DNA from: Octopus sinensis
Taxonomy: Eukaryota
Direction of reading: 5' to 3'
Length of the DNA stretch: 64,000 nt
NCBI RefSeq assembly: GCF_006345805.1
Contig: NC_043001.1
Location: 20,398,001-20,462,000, forward strand
Below, in pieces: positions 1-11,702 of the stretch. The first letter of the stretch is position 1. Each line of letters starts with the position of its first letter. Both the position numbers and the translations under genes were made by a program. The notes beneath the pieces are model-generated. The model saw nothing but the letters and a program-made list of their open reading frames with translations, was not told where the DNA came from and did not search any database.

Positions 1-25
1 GCTTGTGAAATTAACATGCAAGTAA

Positions 26-98
26 GTCTCTCTAGTGCAGGGGATAGCACGCTGGACTTTTAATCCAGAGGTTATGTGTTCAAATCCCACTAGGGATG
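26..98 (+). tRNA. tRNA-like cloverleaf, probable pseudogene; Arg(UCU)-type scaffold with TTT anticodon
   Basis: 73 nt. Acceptor GTCTCTC/TAGGGAT (one mismatch), D stem GTGC/GCAC, anticodon arm CTGGA-CTTTTAA-TCCAG, T loop TTCAAAT with two T-stem mismatches, discriminator G. No SINE body follows. Confidence 0.7.
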
Positions 99-117
99 AT
101 TTATATTCATGTATTAT

Positions 118-540
118 AGGCATAGGAGTGGCTGTGTGGTAAGTAGCTTGCTTATGAACCACATGGTTCTGGGTTCAGTCCCACTGCGTGGCACCTTGGG
201 CAAGTGTCTTCTACTATAGCCTCGGGCTGAGCAAAGCCTTGTGAGTGGATTTGGTAGATGGAAACTGAAAGAAGCTTGTTGCATATATGTATATATATAT
301 ATATATATGTATGTGTGTATATATATATGTATGTGTGTATATATATTTGTGCATCTGTGTTTGTCCCCCAACATCACTTGACAACTGATGCTGGTGTGTT
401 TACGTCCCCGTAACTTAGTGGTTCGGCACAAGAGACCAATAGAATAAGTACTAGGCTTACAAAGAATAAGTCCTGAGGTCGATTTGCTCAATTAAAAGGC
501 GGTGCTCCAGCATGGCCGCAGTCAAATGACTGAAACAAGT
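118..540 (+). mobile_element. SINE-A, full-length tRNA-derived SINE
   Basis: A box tggctgtgtggt, B box gggttcagtccc, CORE-like gcaccttgggcaagt, internal (TA)/(TG) tract, tail ggtgctccagcatggccgcagtcaaatgactgaaacaag. More than 20 copies in the window. Confidence 0.9.
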
Positions 541-544
541 GGAG

Positions 545-720
545 CATTCCACAAACACATGTACCCTGAACACAGTTCAGCACGACACAGGGTGTGACAA
601 GGCTGGCCTTTTGAAATACAGGTACTACTCATTTTTTGCCAGCTGAGTGGACTGGAATAATGTGAAATAAAATCCCTTGTTCAAGGATTCAACATGCCAC
701 CAGGAATCAAACTCATGACC
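545..720 (-). mobile_element. SINE-D-related fragment
   Basis: Shares gtgtgacaaggctggcc..tgaaatacaggtac with the 34615-35122 copy. Confidence 0.55.
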
Positions 721-1405
721 AAATACCCTAACTATTAAATATGTACGTACACTTATTTTATACAATAAAAACTAACCATTACTTGATTGCATTATGATGT
801 GATGAAAAATGGAATTCTATAGTCACAACTGAGAGTATTTTGATTGTGGTTGAACTGAGGAGAAACACTAAAACACTTTCTTGAACTGAATCTCATTATG
901 GTCAATGTTTGATGGTTGGCAAGTAAAACTGTCTTCTTCAATTCTTTAAAGCAGCAAGCTGGCAGGATTTTGAAAACACCAGCAGATAAGATACTTAGAT
1001 TTAAAAACAAAAATACAATTATTTTTTAACAAATCTGATAATGGCATTCCCGATAATATTTCTTAACAGTAAACAGGGATATTTTAAATCTAAGCAGAAG
1101 TAATAAAGAATGATAATAGAGGAATACAGGTCAAGAATTAGCTCAACCCAGGTATTCAACAGTGAACTACAAGCCAACAAAACAGTCTAACCCACAGGTG
1201 CAAGACCTGCTAAAATAACAACCAAATTTCTTCAAATCAAACTCTAAACTGTTAACAAATGAAGGATACATTAGACAATGTAATACCAGAGAAATAAAAA
1301 TGGTCATGTTTGGAATGTCTCTGATCATAGGCAAACTGTATCCATCAGGACCAAACTAATTAAATAACACTAAGAACAATTAAAATTTTTAAAAATGAAA
1401 GAAGT

Positions 1406-1795
1406 CTCTTTTACTCTTTTACTTATTTCAGTCATTTGACTGTGGCCATGCTGGAGCACCGCCTTTAGTCGAACAAATCGAACCCAGGACTTATTTTTTG
1501 TAAGCCTAGTACTTATTCTATTGGTTTCTTTTGCCGAACTGCTAAGTTATGAGGATGTAAACACACCAGCATCGGTTGTCAAGCATGCTAGGGGGACAAC
1601 ACAGACACACAGACACACACATACATATATACAACAGATTTCTTTCAGTTTCCGTCTACTAAATCCACTCACAAGGCTTTGGTCAGCCCGAGGCTATAGT
1701 AGAAGACACTTATCCAAGGTGCCACGCAGTGGGCCTGAACTTGGCACCATGTGGTTGGTAAGCAAGCTACTTACCACACAGCCACTCCTACACCT
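1406..1795 (-). mobile_element. SINE-A
   Basis: Reverse complement of the SINE-A consensus, head and tail present. Confidence 0.9.
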
Positions 1796-2149
1796 ACCAA
1801 CGAACTTTGTTTTGAAGTGAGTTTCATTTATCAGATTTATCTCCAGTGTGTAGGTGTTATGACATATAATGGAAAGACGCACCATCTCTAACATTTCTTG
1901 TTATTATCCCTTGCAAGAGTAAAGATTATATTATAAATATATATGTGTGTGTGTGTGGCTGTGTGCTTAAGAAGCTTGCTTCTAAACCACAAGGTTGTGA
2001 GCTCATTCCGTCCCACAATCATGCAGTTGAGCAAGTGACATTTACTAAAAAGCCCCCGGTCAACCAAAGCCTTGTGAGTGGATTTCTCAGACAGAAAATG
2101 AAAGAAACCCATCATGTAAAAATATATATATATATATATACAATCATAA

Positions 2150-2429
2150 TCATCATCATCATTGTTTAACATCCGCTTTCCATGCTAGCATGGATTGGAC
2201 GATTTGACTGAGGACTGACGAGCCAGAAGGCTGCACCAGGCTCCAATCTGATCTGGCACAGTTTTTACAGCTGGATGCCCTTCCTAACGCCAACCACTCC
2301 AAGAGTGTAGTGGATGCTTTTACGTGCCACCGGCACGAGGGCCAGTCAGGCAGTACTAGCAACGGCAATGCTCAAATGGTGTTTTTTATGTGCCACCTGC
2401 ACAGGAGCCAATCCAGCAGCACTGGCAAC

Positions 2430-2430
<1 letters not shown>
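2150..2430 (-). mobile_element. Short copy of RTE-LINE 3' UTR (family C)
   Basis: (cat)n tail, acagctggatgcccttcctaacgccaacc and gtgccaccggcac motifs; matches 19900-20275. Confidence 0.75.
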
Positions 2431-2463
<33 letters not shown>

Positions 2464-2749
2464 ATACATACATGTGTATGTGTGTGAGAGAGAGTGAGTG
2501 AGGGAGGGAGAGTTGGTTCTCCTTCTCAACATTACATGAGAGTTGTAAATGTGTCATTGTCATACAACAGCATTTGTCGCTTCCTCCCATAAAAACATGT
2601 CTGGTCATCAAGACTTTGCCTGGAAGCAGGTAAGGGTTGGCAACAAGAAGGGCTTGCAGCCAGAGAAAATCCACCTCAAGAAATTCTTACCCAACCCATG
2701 GAAAAAAAAAGGAAAAGTGAATAATTAAATATTATTAGGATTTATATTT

Positions 2750-3557
2750 TTCTTTTATTTCTTTTGTCTGTTTCAGTCATTTTCATTGTGGCCATGCTGG
2801 AGCACTGCCTTTCGTCAAACAAATCAGCCCCAGGACTTATTCTATTGGTCTCTTTAGCCAACCACTAATTTTCGGGGACGTAAGCACACCAACATCAGTT
2901 GTCAGGTGATAGTGGGGATGGGAGATGGTGGCAAACACTCACACACACACACACATACACACACACACACACACACATATGTGATGGGCTTCTTTCAGTT
3001 TCCGTCTACCAAATCCACTCACAAGGCTTTGGTCAGCCCGAAGCTATAGTAGAAGACACTTACCCAGGATGCCACTGAGTGGGACTGAACCCAGAACTAT
3101 TAGGTTGGAAAGCAAGCTTCTTACAACACAGCCATATCTGTGCCTATATGTATTCTTTTATTTGTTTCAGTCATTTGACAGTGGCCATGCTGGAGCACCA
3201 CCTTTAGTCAAACAAATCAACCACAGGACTTATTCATTGTAAGCCTAGTACTTATTCTATCGGTCTCTTTTGCCAAACCATTAAGTTTTGGAGACGTAAA
3301 TACATCAACATTGTTTGTAAAGCAATGGTGGGAGGACAAACACAGACACACAAATAAATAAATACACACACACACACACACACACACACATATGGCCAGC
3401 TTCTTTTAGTTTCTGTCTACCAAATCCACTTACAAGGCTTTGGTTGGCCCGAGGCTATCGTAGAAGACACTTGCCCAAGGTGCCACGCAATGGGACTGAA
3501 CCCAGAACCATGTGGTTGGGAAGCAAGCTTCTTACCACACAGCCACTGATGTGCCTA
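2750..3557 (-). mobile_element. Two adjacent SINE-A copies (2750-3145, 3153-3557)
   Basis: Two consecutive reverse-complement consensus matches. Confidence 0.85.
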
Positions 3558-4261
3558 TAGTAAACATTTTTTTAATATTTTGTTTATTGTGGAGGTAAAA
3601 CCAATTTATTGTACATAAATTTTAACAACATTATATCCGAAGGGAATTCATAAAAAAAAAAAACAAAAGACAAAGACAGGAGGTGTACACAAAAAACAAG
3701 GACCCCAGTTGAGAACCACATCTTTACACAATCACTTGAACCTGCTAGAAATAGTAGCAAAATCTCCCTTAAGTCACACTGTACCATTTTATTATAGAAG
3801 GATACATTAGATAATGTTATCCTGGGTCCGAGCAGTGTTGAGACAAAAATATAGGACAACCACAGTTGTAACACCCATGATCTTAAAAAGTTTGCCTCAT
3901 TTTTATAAACAAAAACAAAATAAACCTTCAAAACAAGCCAACAACTGAACCTCTATGTGGTCGTTTAACCTACTAGAAACAACAGCCAAGTCTTCCTCAA
4001 ATCATGCAGTAAATACTTAAAAATGGAAGGATGCATTCTATAAGATATATATCACCTTAAAATAGATAAAATAGCCACAATTTGAACACATCCAATCATG
4101 GATCTACTCAAACAGGCTACCCCAAAGGCTAAACAATAAAAATGATTAAAAAAAAACCCCTATCTGTGTGGAGAAAAGTGTTTATAATAAAAATATTAAG
4201 AAATTACATATGACTTTCAGGTATTGAACCCCCCAAAAATTAAGACCTGAACTCTTTTTAA

Positions 4262-4481
4262 CCCTTTAACATTCAGATTCTTCTGTCAAATGTAATGCTA
4301 ATTTATTCACATTGTTCTGAATTAGTCATGCATTATCTTGTAGCTTCAAGATATCAATGATGTGATTGTTTATCTTTAGAATGATATGGTAGCACAGGTG
4401 TGAGAAGTCAGATCTGGCGAGATCAAACATAAACCAGAGAAAATATTTTGGTTGGATATGGCCAGTTTAAATGCTAATGGG
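4262..4481. mobile_element. piggyBac-like MITE
   Basis: TTAA|CCCTTTA ... TAATGGG|TTAA; related copies at 39820, 41220, 45203, 49191. Confidence 0.65.
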
Positions 4482-4640
4482 TTAATCACTTCACACATAT
4501 ATTTATCAACTTTATCACTAGTATGTGGATTAATGAAAACAATAACTATACATTATTTACAATTGAAGGATATTTGCTCTCATCTTGTAAATAATGTACA
4601 TAATTCCACATCTATTAAATATAGAACTGAACAATATCTA

Positions 4641-5020
4641 TTCTTTTACTTGTTTCAGTCAGTTGACTGTGGCCATGCTGGAACACTGCCTTTAGTCGAG
4701 CAAATCAATCCCAGAACTTATTTTTTGTAAGCCTAGTACTTATTCTATCAGTCATTTTTGCCGAACTGCTAAGTTACGGGTATGTAAACACACTAGCATC
4801 GGTTGTCAAGCGATGTTGGGGGAACAAACACAGACACACAAACATATACACACACATACATATATATGCATATGTATGTATATATATATATATATATACA
4901 CATATATATACATATATATATGACAGGCTTCACTCACAAGGCTTTGATCGGCCCGGGGACTGAACCCGGAACCATGTGGTTAGTAAGCAAGCTACTTACC
5001 ACACAGCCACTCCTACGCCT
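4641..5020 (-). mobile_element. SINE-A flanked by a 94-bp direct repeat
   Basis: 4547-4640 recurs at 5020-5113. Confidence 0.85.
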
Positions 5021-6187
5021 ATACATTATTTACAATTGAAGGATATTTCTCCTCATCTTGTAAATAATGTACATAATTCCTCATCTCTTAAATACAGAAC
5101 TGAACAATAACTATGTTCAATGAAACGAGAGACATCATTTCTATAATTTATCTTATTGTATTGGCCTTTGTCAGTGTAAACATCATTGGCTCATTCTGAA
5201 GAATTGGCTTGTTCACTTCATTTAGTGTTGTTGTTTAGCCTTGTGATTTCATACAACATTATTTTTATGACTATTTTACACACACACATACACATATATT
5301 TAAATGTCCTTCTGATCAGTGTATTGTTTAAAGAAAACTAAAAGAGCTCTAGTAAATAACATGAAAAATCATTAAAATGGTTATTTAAAAAAAAATATTG
5401 CATAAAAACATTTACTAATACAGATACAATTTTAAATAAAGAATGTGTATGAAACAACTATATTTATATGAAAGTTATATTGTACATCAGAATATTTCAA
5501 AATAAAACATAACTAATGTAAGCTTATGTAAAGCTAATGTAAATTAATATATTTACTCAAAAACACACTTTCAAGTAAACATGACATAGAGATTGTAGAA
5601 ATATGTAAATAAGAAAACAAAATAGACACATGCATACAAGAGAGTGAAAATGGAAATACTGGCAAATATCTTACCCATTGTTGTATATTGGTTCTGCATA
5701 TTTTAGTGTTATAACATAAACAATAACGATCCAGAAAGTTTAGGTTTGTTTAACTGTTCAATGTAGTTATTTTTCCTATGGTTTGTTTAGTCATTTAATT
5801 GTTTTCCTATTAAAAGTGGGGTTTAGTGAGAAAGTTCTTTATGTGTAAACTATTCCCACCAAAAATGTAAATCCTATTTATGAAGTCAATAAAAAGTTTT
5901 ATATATATATATATATAAAATATACTAAGAATGAAAGGCAGACTGATGGAATAAATATATGGGTAAGACTGGTAAGCAGGAAGAAGTGAAGAATAGATAG
6001 ATGATATATTTTATCTTGGGTAAAATCCTTTTGGTATAATATTCACAAGATGTTACAAATTATCCTCTCAAAGTGTAAAGAAATATTTGAATCAGGACTA
6101 ACATCAACACTGCTAAAATATATTCCCCAGCTTAATTATGATTTAATTATAAGTGAGTGAGAAGTCTTGATTGTTAACAAAGAAGAC

Positions 6188-6351
6188 TATAATATGAAAA
6201 TTAATAAGAATTTCTAAAGATATTCATACAATATGAAAATAAATAAGAATTTCTAAAGATATTATAATATGATAATATAATATGAAAATTAATAAGAATT
6301 TCTAAAGATATTCATACAATATGAAAATAAATAGGAATTTCTAAAGATATT
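6188..6351. repeat. AT-rich minisatellite, 4 units of ~35 bp arranged as two dimers
   Basis: aatatgaaaat(t/a)aataagaatttctaaagatatt occurs four times with alternating variants. Confidence 0.85.
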
Positions 6352-7025
6352 TTTCCAAATATTTAGAAGTTAACTCTAATTTCTGCTTATAAAATATCTT
6401 GAAAATGTCATTAAATTTATCTATAAAACTATTGTTTTAGTTCTCTGATAATATTTCTCTTTATACTATTTAAGTATAATAACAATGAAAGATCTGATTG
6501 AATTTATCTTTGCTTTCAGAAAAGAAAAAAAAAATACTGATATGAAAGAGAGAGTGAGAAAGGGTCAATATTTATAACTAATTTATAACTAAACTTACTT
6601 CAAGAAATTTAGCAAGAAGAATAGTTATACAGACACACACATTAAATCAGTTAAGTCTAACTCCTAGTTTCATAGAAAATCTTTTGTTGCGTTTGTTTGA
6701 TTTTTTTTTCTTCTTTTAGTTGCATGAATTCTGGTAGTTATTTGTTCCATAAACACTTTGCAGCAACAAGACTGGTAAGGAAGGATGAATGTTTGTACTG
6801 AGTGGAAAGATGTGAAGTAAGATCTGACACACACATAAAGAGATTTAACAGGAGTAGCTATAGCCAGCTGTCTGTATATGCCTGCTTCTTGCTTGCCTTT
6901 CTGTATATATATCCGGCACCAATCATACTGACAGAGAACACTTTACTTTACTCTTTCAGCAAATATCCAAGAAATTGGCTGCTTTCCAAAGTTGCTAATA
7001 ATTCTTTTAATTGATTCTGGCTTAC

Positions 7026-7148
7026 CCCAATAGAAGTGATGATGCGTTGGTTGATCAACCATAACAATTTAATGATATTAAGGATACCTTTTAGAGGTAT
7101 GATCTTCGAAGTTAATTGCGGTATACAGAGAAGGATAGTTAAAAAATA
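7026..7148 (-). CDS. Candidate internal coding exon, unknown gene
   Basis: Acceptor ttttccttctcaagttacAG, donor GGG|GTAAGC, 123 nt, open only in phase 0: YFLTILLCIPQLTSKIIPLKGILNIIKLLWLINQRIITSIG. No homology recognised. Confidence 0.25.
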
Positions 7149-7280
7149 CTGTAACTTGAGAAGGAAAAATAAATGAAATGATTTAATAAAATAGATAGTG
7201 AAGTGTGAAAAGAAAATGTAATGAGAAGTTTACAGCAGTGTAAATCAGTTACAGTGAAGTACTACTGTGTGGGAGAGACC

Positions 7281-7505
7281 TAGTAGTAGTAGTAGTAGTA
7301 GTAGTAGTATGGGGGAGGAGGAGGAGGAGAACAAGAAGAAGCAGAAAGAAGAAGAAGAAGAAGAAGAAGAAGAGAAGAAGAAGAAGAAGAAAGAAGGAGG
7401 AAGAAGAAGAAGAAGAAGGAGGAAGAAGAAGAAGAAGGAAGAAGAAGAAGAAGGAGAAGAAGAAGGAGAAGGAGAAGAAGAAGAAGAAGAAGAAGAAGAA
7501 GAGTA
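7281..7505. repeat. (AGT)n followed by (GAA/GGA)n microsatellite
   Basis: Visible directly in the sequence. Confidence 0.95.
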
Positions 7506-7606
7506 CGAAATGAAACTCAAGACAAACTAAGGAGAAAATAAATTGCTGGTTGGTTGATGTTGGTAATAATAATGATTTAAAATTATAGCAATATCTGTTT
7601 TAATGA

Positions 7607-7835
7607 GGGCGGCAAGATGGTAGAATCGTTAGCATGCCAGGCGAAATGCTTAGTGGCATTTCGTCTGCCGTTACGCTCTGGGTTCAAATTCCACCAAGGT
7701 TGACTTTGCCTTTCATCCTTTCAGGGTCGATTAAATAAGTACCAGTTATGCACTGGAGTCAATGTTATCAACTTAATCCTTTGGTCTGTCCTTGTTTGTC
7801 CCCTCTATGTTTAGCCACCTGTGGGCAATAAAGCA
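7607..7835 (+). mobile_element. SINE-B, full-length
   Basis: Head ggcggc(g)agctggcagaatcgttagc, B box gggttcaaattcc, central gactttgcctttcatcctttc.gggtcga, tail aataaag. Confidence 0.85.
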
Positions 7836-7849
7836 ATAAATAATGATTT

Positions 7850-8500
7850 AAAATTTTGGCACATGGCCAGAAATTTTAAGGGAACAGTGTTAGACCCTAA
7901 TACTTGACTGGTACTTAGTTTATCAATCCCTAAGGTATAAAAGAAAAAGTCGACTTCAGTGGAATTTGAACTCTAAATGTAAAGAACTAGACAAAATGCA
8001 GTTAAGCATGTAAATGGTTCTGCCAGCTCACCACCTTAGTAACAATAATCCTTTCTGCTATAGGCACAAGGCCTGAAATTTTGTGGGAGGAGCCAGTCGA
8101 TGAGATTGCCCCAGTATGCAACTGGTACTTAATTTATCAACCCCGAAAGGATGAAAGCCAAGTCTACTTTGGCGGAATTTGAACTCAGAAAATGACAGAC
8201 AAAATACTGCTAAACATTTTTTTTCTTACTCTAGCCACAATGCCCAAAATTTTAGGGGAGGAGGCCAGTTGATTTGATCGACCCCCAGTGTGCAATTGGT
8301 ACTTAATTTATCGACCCTGAAAGAATGAAAGGCAAAGTCAGCATTGGCAGAATTTGAATTCAGAATGCAAAGATGGATGAAATACCACTAAGCATTTTGC
8401 CCAACATGCTAACAATTCTGCCAGTTCATCACCTAATAATCCTTTCTACTATACGCACAAGGCCTGAAACTTTTTTTTTTTTTTGGTGAGGGTGGGCTAA
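7850..8500 (-). mobile_element. Cluster of degenerate SINE-B copies
   Basis: Three partial matches (ggaatttgaactc, aaaggcaaagtc, ctgccagctc). Confidence 0.7.
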
Positions 8501-8913
8501 TTGATCACATCAACCTTATTGCTCAACTGTACTTTATTTATCTTCACTGACAGCGCTGGATTAACCATTAAGCAAAATAAGCACGTGCTTAGGGCATCGA
8601 AGGAAGTGGAAGCGCCAGAGAAATGGTAAATAGTCTACAGCACAAAAGAAATCACTTTAAACTTGCTAAAATAATATTCAAGGTAGTGTATATGATCAGA
8701 AATATAATTTCAAAGTGTTCACGGTGTCATAGAGAGGATTTGATAGAAAAACTTTACAATTAGAAAAAAACTAGAAAAGTCTTGAAATATAAAGTGGAAG
8801 CCTAAAAAGGTAAAATACACATTTTTCTTTCATCTTACTCTTAGTTTTGTTTCATTTTGAAAAAAAAAAAATTTACGGCTTATTATTGTTTAAATTTTGA
8901 ATTACATATATAT

Positions 8914-9348
8914 AGGCACAGGAGTGGCTGTGTGGTACGTAACTTGCTTACCAACCACATGATTCTGGGTTCAGTCCCACTGCATGGCACCTTGGGCAAG
9001 TGTCTTCTAATATAGCCTGAGGCTGACCAAAGCCTTGTGAGTGGATTTGGTAAACGGAAACTGAAAGAAGCCTGTTGTGTGTGTGTGTATGCGTGTATGT
9101 ATGTGTGTCTGTGTGTGTGTGTGTGTGTGTATATGTTTGTGTGTCTGTGTTTGTCCATCCCCACCATCGCTTGACAACTGATGTTGGTGTGTTTAGGTCC
9201 CCGTAACTTAGTGGTTCAGCAAAAGAGACCGATAGAATAAGTACTAGGCTTACAGAGAATAAGTCCTGGGGTTGATTTGCTCGACTAAATGCAGGACTCC
9301 AGCATGGTCGCAATAAAATGACTGAAACAAATAAAAGGATAAAGAATA
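8914..9348 (+). mobile_element. SINE-A
   Basis: Full consensus match. Confidence 0.9.
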
Positions 9349-10159
9349 TAGTGGCACCAAAATCTTTGAAGTGCTTAGGGTCTCAATGGGTCTTTATCTG
9401 GCCCTGAGTAACATGCCAAAATAGACATTGAGCCCTGACAGCTCTTCAGCTGGTCAACTCCTGTCGAACTGTCCAACCCATGCCAGCATGGAAAACAGAC
9501 ATTAAATGATAATGATGATGATGATCTAACAATTTTACCAACCCACTGGCCTTAGTTGTTTCTGATTTAGGCACAATGTCAGTAATCGTGAAAAAAGGGT
9601 GGGAATTGATACTCCTGGCCCCAGTACTTGAGGGGTACTTTATTTTATCACCCCAGAGAGATGAAAGAAGGTACAGGGCCTAATGATTAGGGTGTTGCAC
9701 TCACAATTGCAAGATCATGGTTTCAATTTCCCAACTGATCACGTGTGTTCTGGAGCAAAGCACTTTGGTCCATGTCACCCCCAGTCAACTCAACTATAAA
9801 TGAGTGACCCTGCAACTGGTTACCATCATGTTTAAAGGGAATGTTGGCCATCCAAGAATTTTGACCTGGAGATCTCCATTTCCAGCGACTTCGAGGGCCA
9901 CCTCCCAGTGGTGTTGGGCATCAACGAATAGCCCTCGACTACAACAAGACGACCAAAGTTTGTTTTTTTTTTCCCCAAAGTCAGGGGTCTTCTGCCCCTA
10001 AGCCCTAGACCATCACCTAATCACCCTTACCTGCCTTGTTGCTTAACAACAACAACAACAACAAGGGGAACGTTGTGATTCCAGTTATTCATATGCCATA
10101 GAAACTGAGTAACTGGCCCTATGAATCCCAAGACTTGAGACAGTAATGTCCATGGGCTG

Positions 10160-10173
10160 ATGCTGAGGATGCT

Positions 10174-10204
<31 letters not shown>

Positions 10205-10300
10205 CTGATGGTGATGATGATGATAATGATGATGCTGATGATGATAATGATGATGATGATAATGATGATGATGATGGCGAAGATTATGCTGATGATGACG
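10160..10300. repeat. (GCT)n/(GAT)n microsatellite
   Basis: Visible directly in the sequence. Confidence 0.9.
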
Positions 10301-10630
10301 ACGGGGTGGGGGGGATGAAAGGCAAAGTTGACATAGAATAATTAATACTAATAATTCTTTATTTTATTTGCTAGGAAAATTTCAAAGGAAAGCGGGGGGG
10401 GGGGGTCAGTAGATAAGACAAGAATAGAGAAAAAAAATAATAAAAGAAAAGAAAATTTTAACAAAACAACATTCCTCAATAGTAGGGGACAGCTGCCTTA
10501 GTCAATCAAGGAAACCCTAACAAAACTTGGATTACCCAAGCCACCAAGGGCAAGTGTCCCCCCAACCCCATCCCTATCAACTCCTTCCTACAGGTTCATG
10601 CTCAGTCAAGGCCCATTTATTTATGCCATG

Positions 10631-11025
10631 TTAGAAGAAGAAGGAGGAGGAGCCAAAGAAGAAGACAAAGAAGAAGACGAAGAAGACAAATAAGAAGAAG
10701 ATGACAAAGAAGACGAAAAAGAAGAAGACGAAGAAGAAGAAGACGACGAAGAAGACGAAGAAGAAGAAGACGAAGAAGAAGACGAAGAAGAAGAAGAAGA
10801 AGAAGACAAAGAAGAAGACAAAGAAGAAGACAAAGAAGACAAAGAAGACAAAGAAGACAAAGAAGAAGAAGAAGAGAAGAAGAAGAAAAAGACGAAGAAG
10901 AAGAAGAAGAAGAAGAAGAGACAAAAAAGACGAAGAAGAAGAAGAAGAGACAAAAAGACGAAGAAGAAGAAGAAGAGACAAAGAAGACGAAGAAGACGAA
11001 GAAGACGAAGAAGAAGAAGATTGAG
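10631..11025. repeat. Complex (GAA)n/(GAAGAC)n purine-rich repeat
   Basis: Visible directly; source of the poly-K/E/S/F pseudo-ORFs. Confidence 0.95.
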
Positions 11026-11450
11026 AGAAGGGGCAGTAGGGGAGGAAAGATGGATGGAGTGAAGGATAAAGGATCAAGTAAGAAGGGAGAAATGGAAGTG
11101 GTGATGGAGTAGGAGAAGAGGCTGGGGCTGTGGAAAACGGGGGGGGGGAGAGAGGGATGCGAGGATGGAGTATGATGAGAGGAAGGAAGGAGGAGGAAGG
11201 AAGGGGAGGAGGAGGCAAGAATGTTGTTCCAAACTGTTTAGAGTTAAATGCTTCCCCCCATTCACTGCCACTACATATTGATCATTTATGAAACACAATT
11301 ATCAACAAAATAAAAAAAAATTAAAAAAAAGAAAAAAAAAGAAAAATAAAGAAAAAAATTCATTGAAATGAAGAAGACCAGAAGGATGGAGAGAGATAAA
11401 CCAGCTCAGAGAGGAATTCTCGTGAAGATAAAAAATATTTGTAAATATTT

Positions 11451-11690
11451 GTGGAGGCGCAATGGCCTAGTGGTTAGGGCAGCGGACTTGCGGTCGGAGG
11501 ATCGCGGTTTCGATTCCCAGACCGGGCGTTGTGTGTGTTTATTGAGCGAAAACACCTAAAAGCTCCACGAGGCTCCGGCAGGAGGTGGTGATCCCTGCTG
11601 TACTCTTTCACCACTCTAAAAGGCGGTGCTCCAGCATGGCCGCAGTCAAATGACTGAAACAAGTACAGAAAAAAAAAAAAAAAAAAACAC
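11451..11690 (+). mobile_element. Chimeric SINE: SINE-D tRNA head joined to SINE-A tail
   Basis: Head (A box tggcctagtggtt, B box ggtttcgattccc) matches the reverse complement of 34980-35122; from ~11618 the sequence is the SINE-A tail aaaggcggtgctccagcatgg, then poly(A). Confidence 0.75.
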
Positions 11691-11702
11691 AGATTGAGAA
11701 TT

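Noticed and set aside
114-491. Recurrent ORFs ending ...TMWLVSKLLTTQPLL or CHAVGLNPEPCGW
   Set aside because: They are chance frames through SINE-A copies; the recurrence reflects the repeat, not a gene family.
792-1010. 72-aa minus-strand ORF as a terminal exon
   Set aside because: No recognisable homology and an ambiguous acceptor.
7245-7530. Poly-E/K and poly-S/F ORFs (also 10621-11218)
   Set aside because: They are translations of trinucleotide microsatellites.
8551-9406. Possible hAT MITE (cagcgctggattaacc ... tctggccctg) around a SINE-A
   Set aside because: The termini match poorly and there is no 8-bp TSD.
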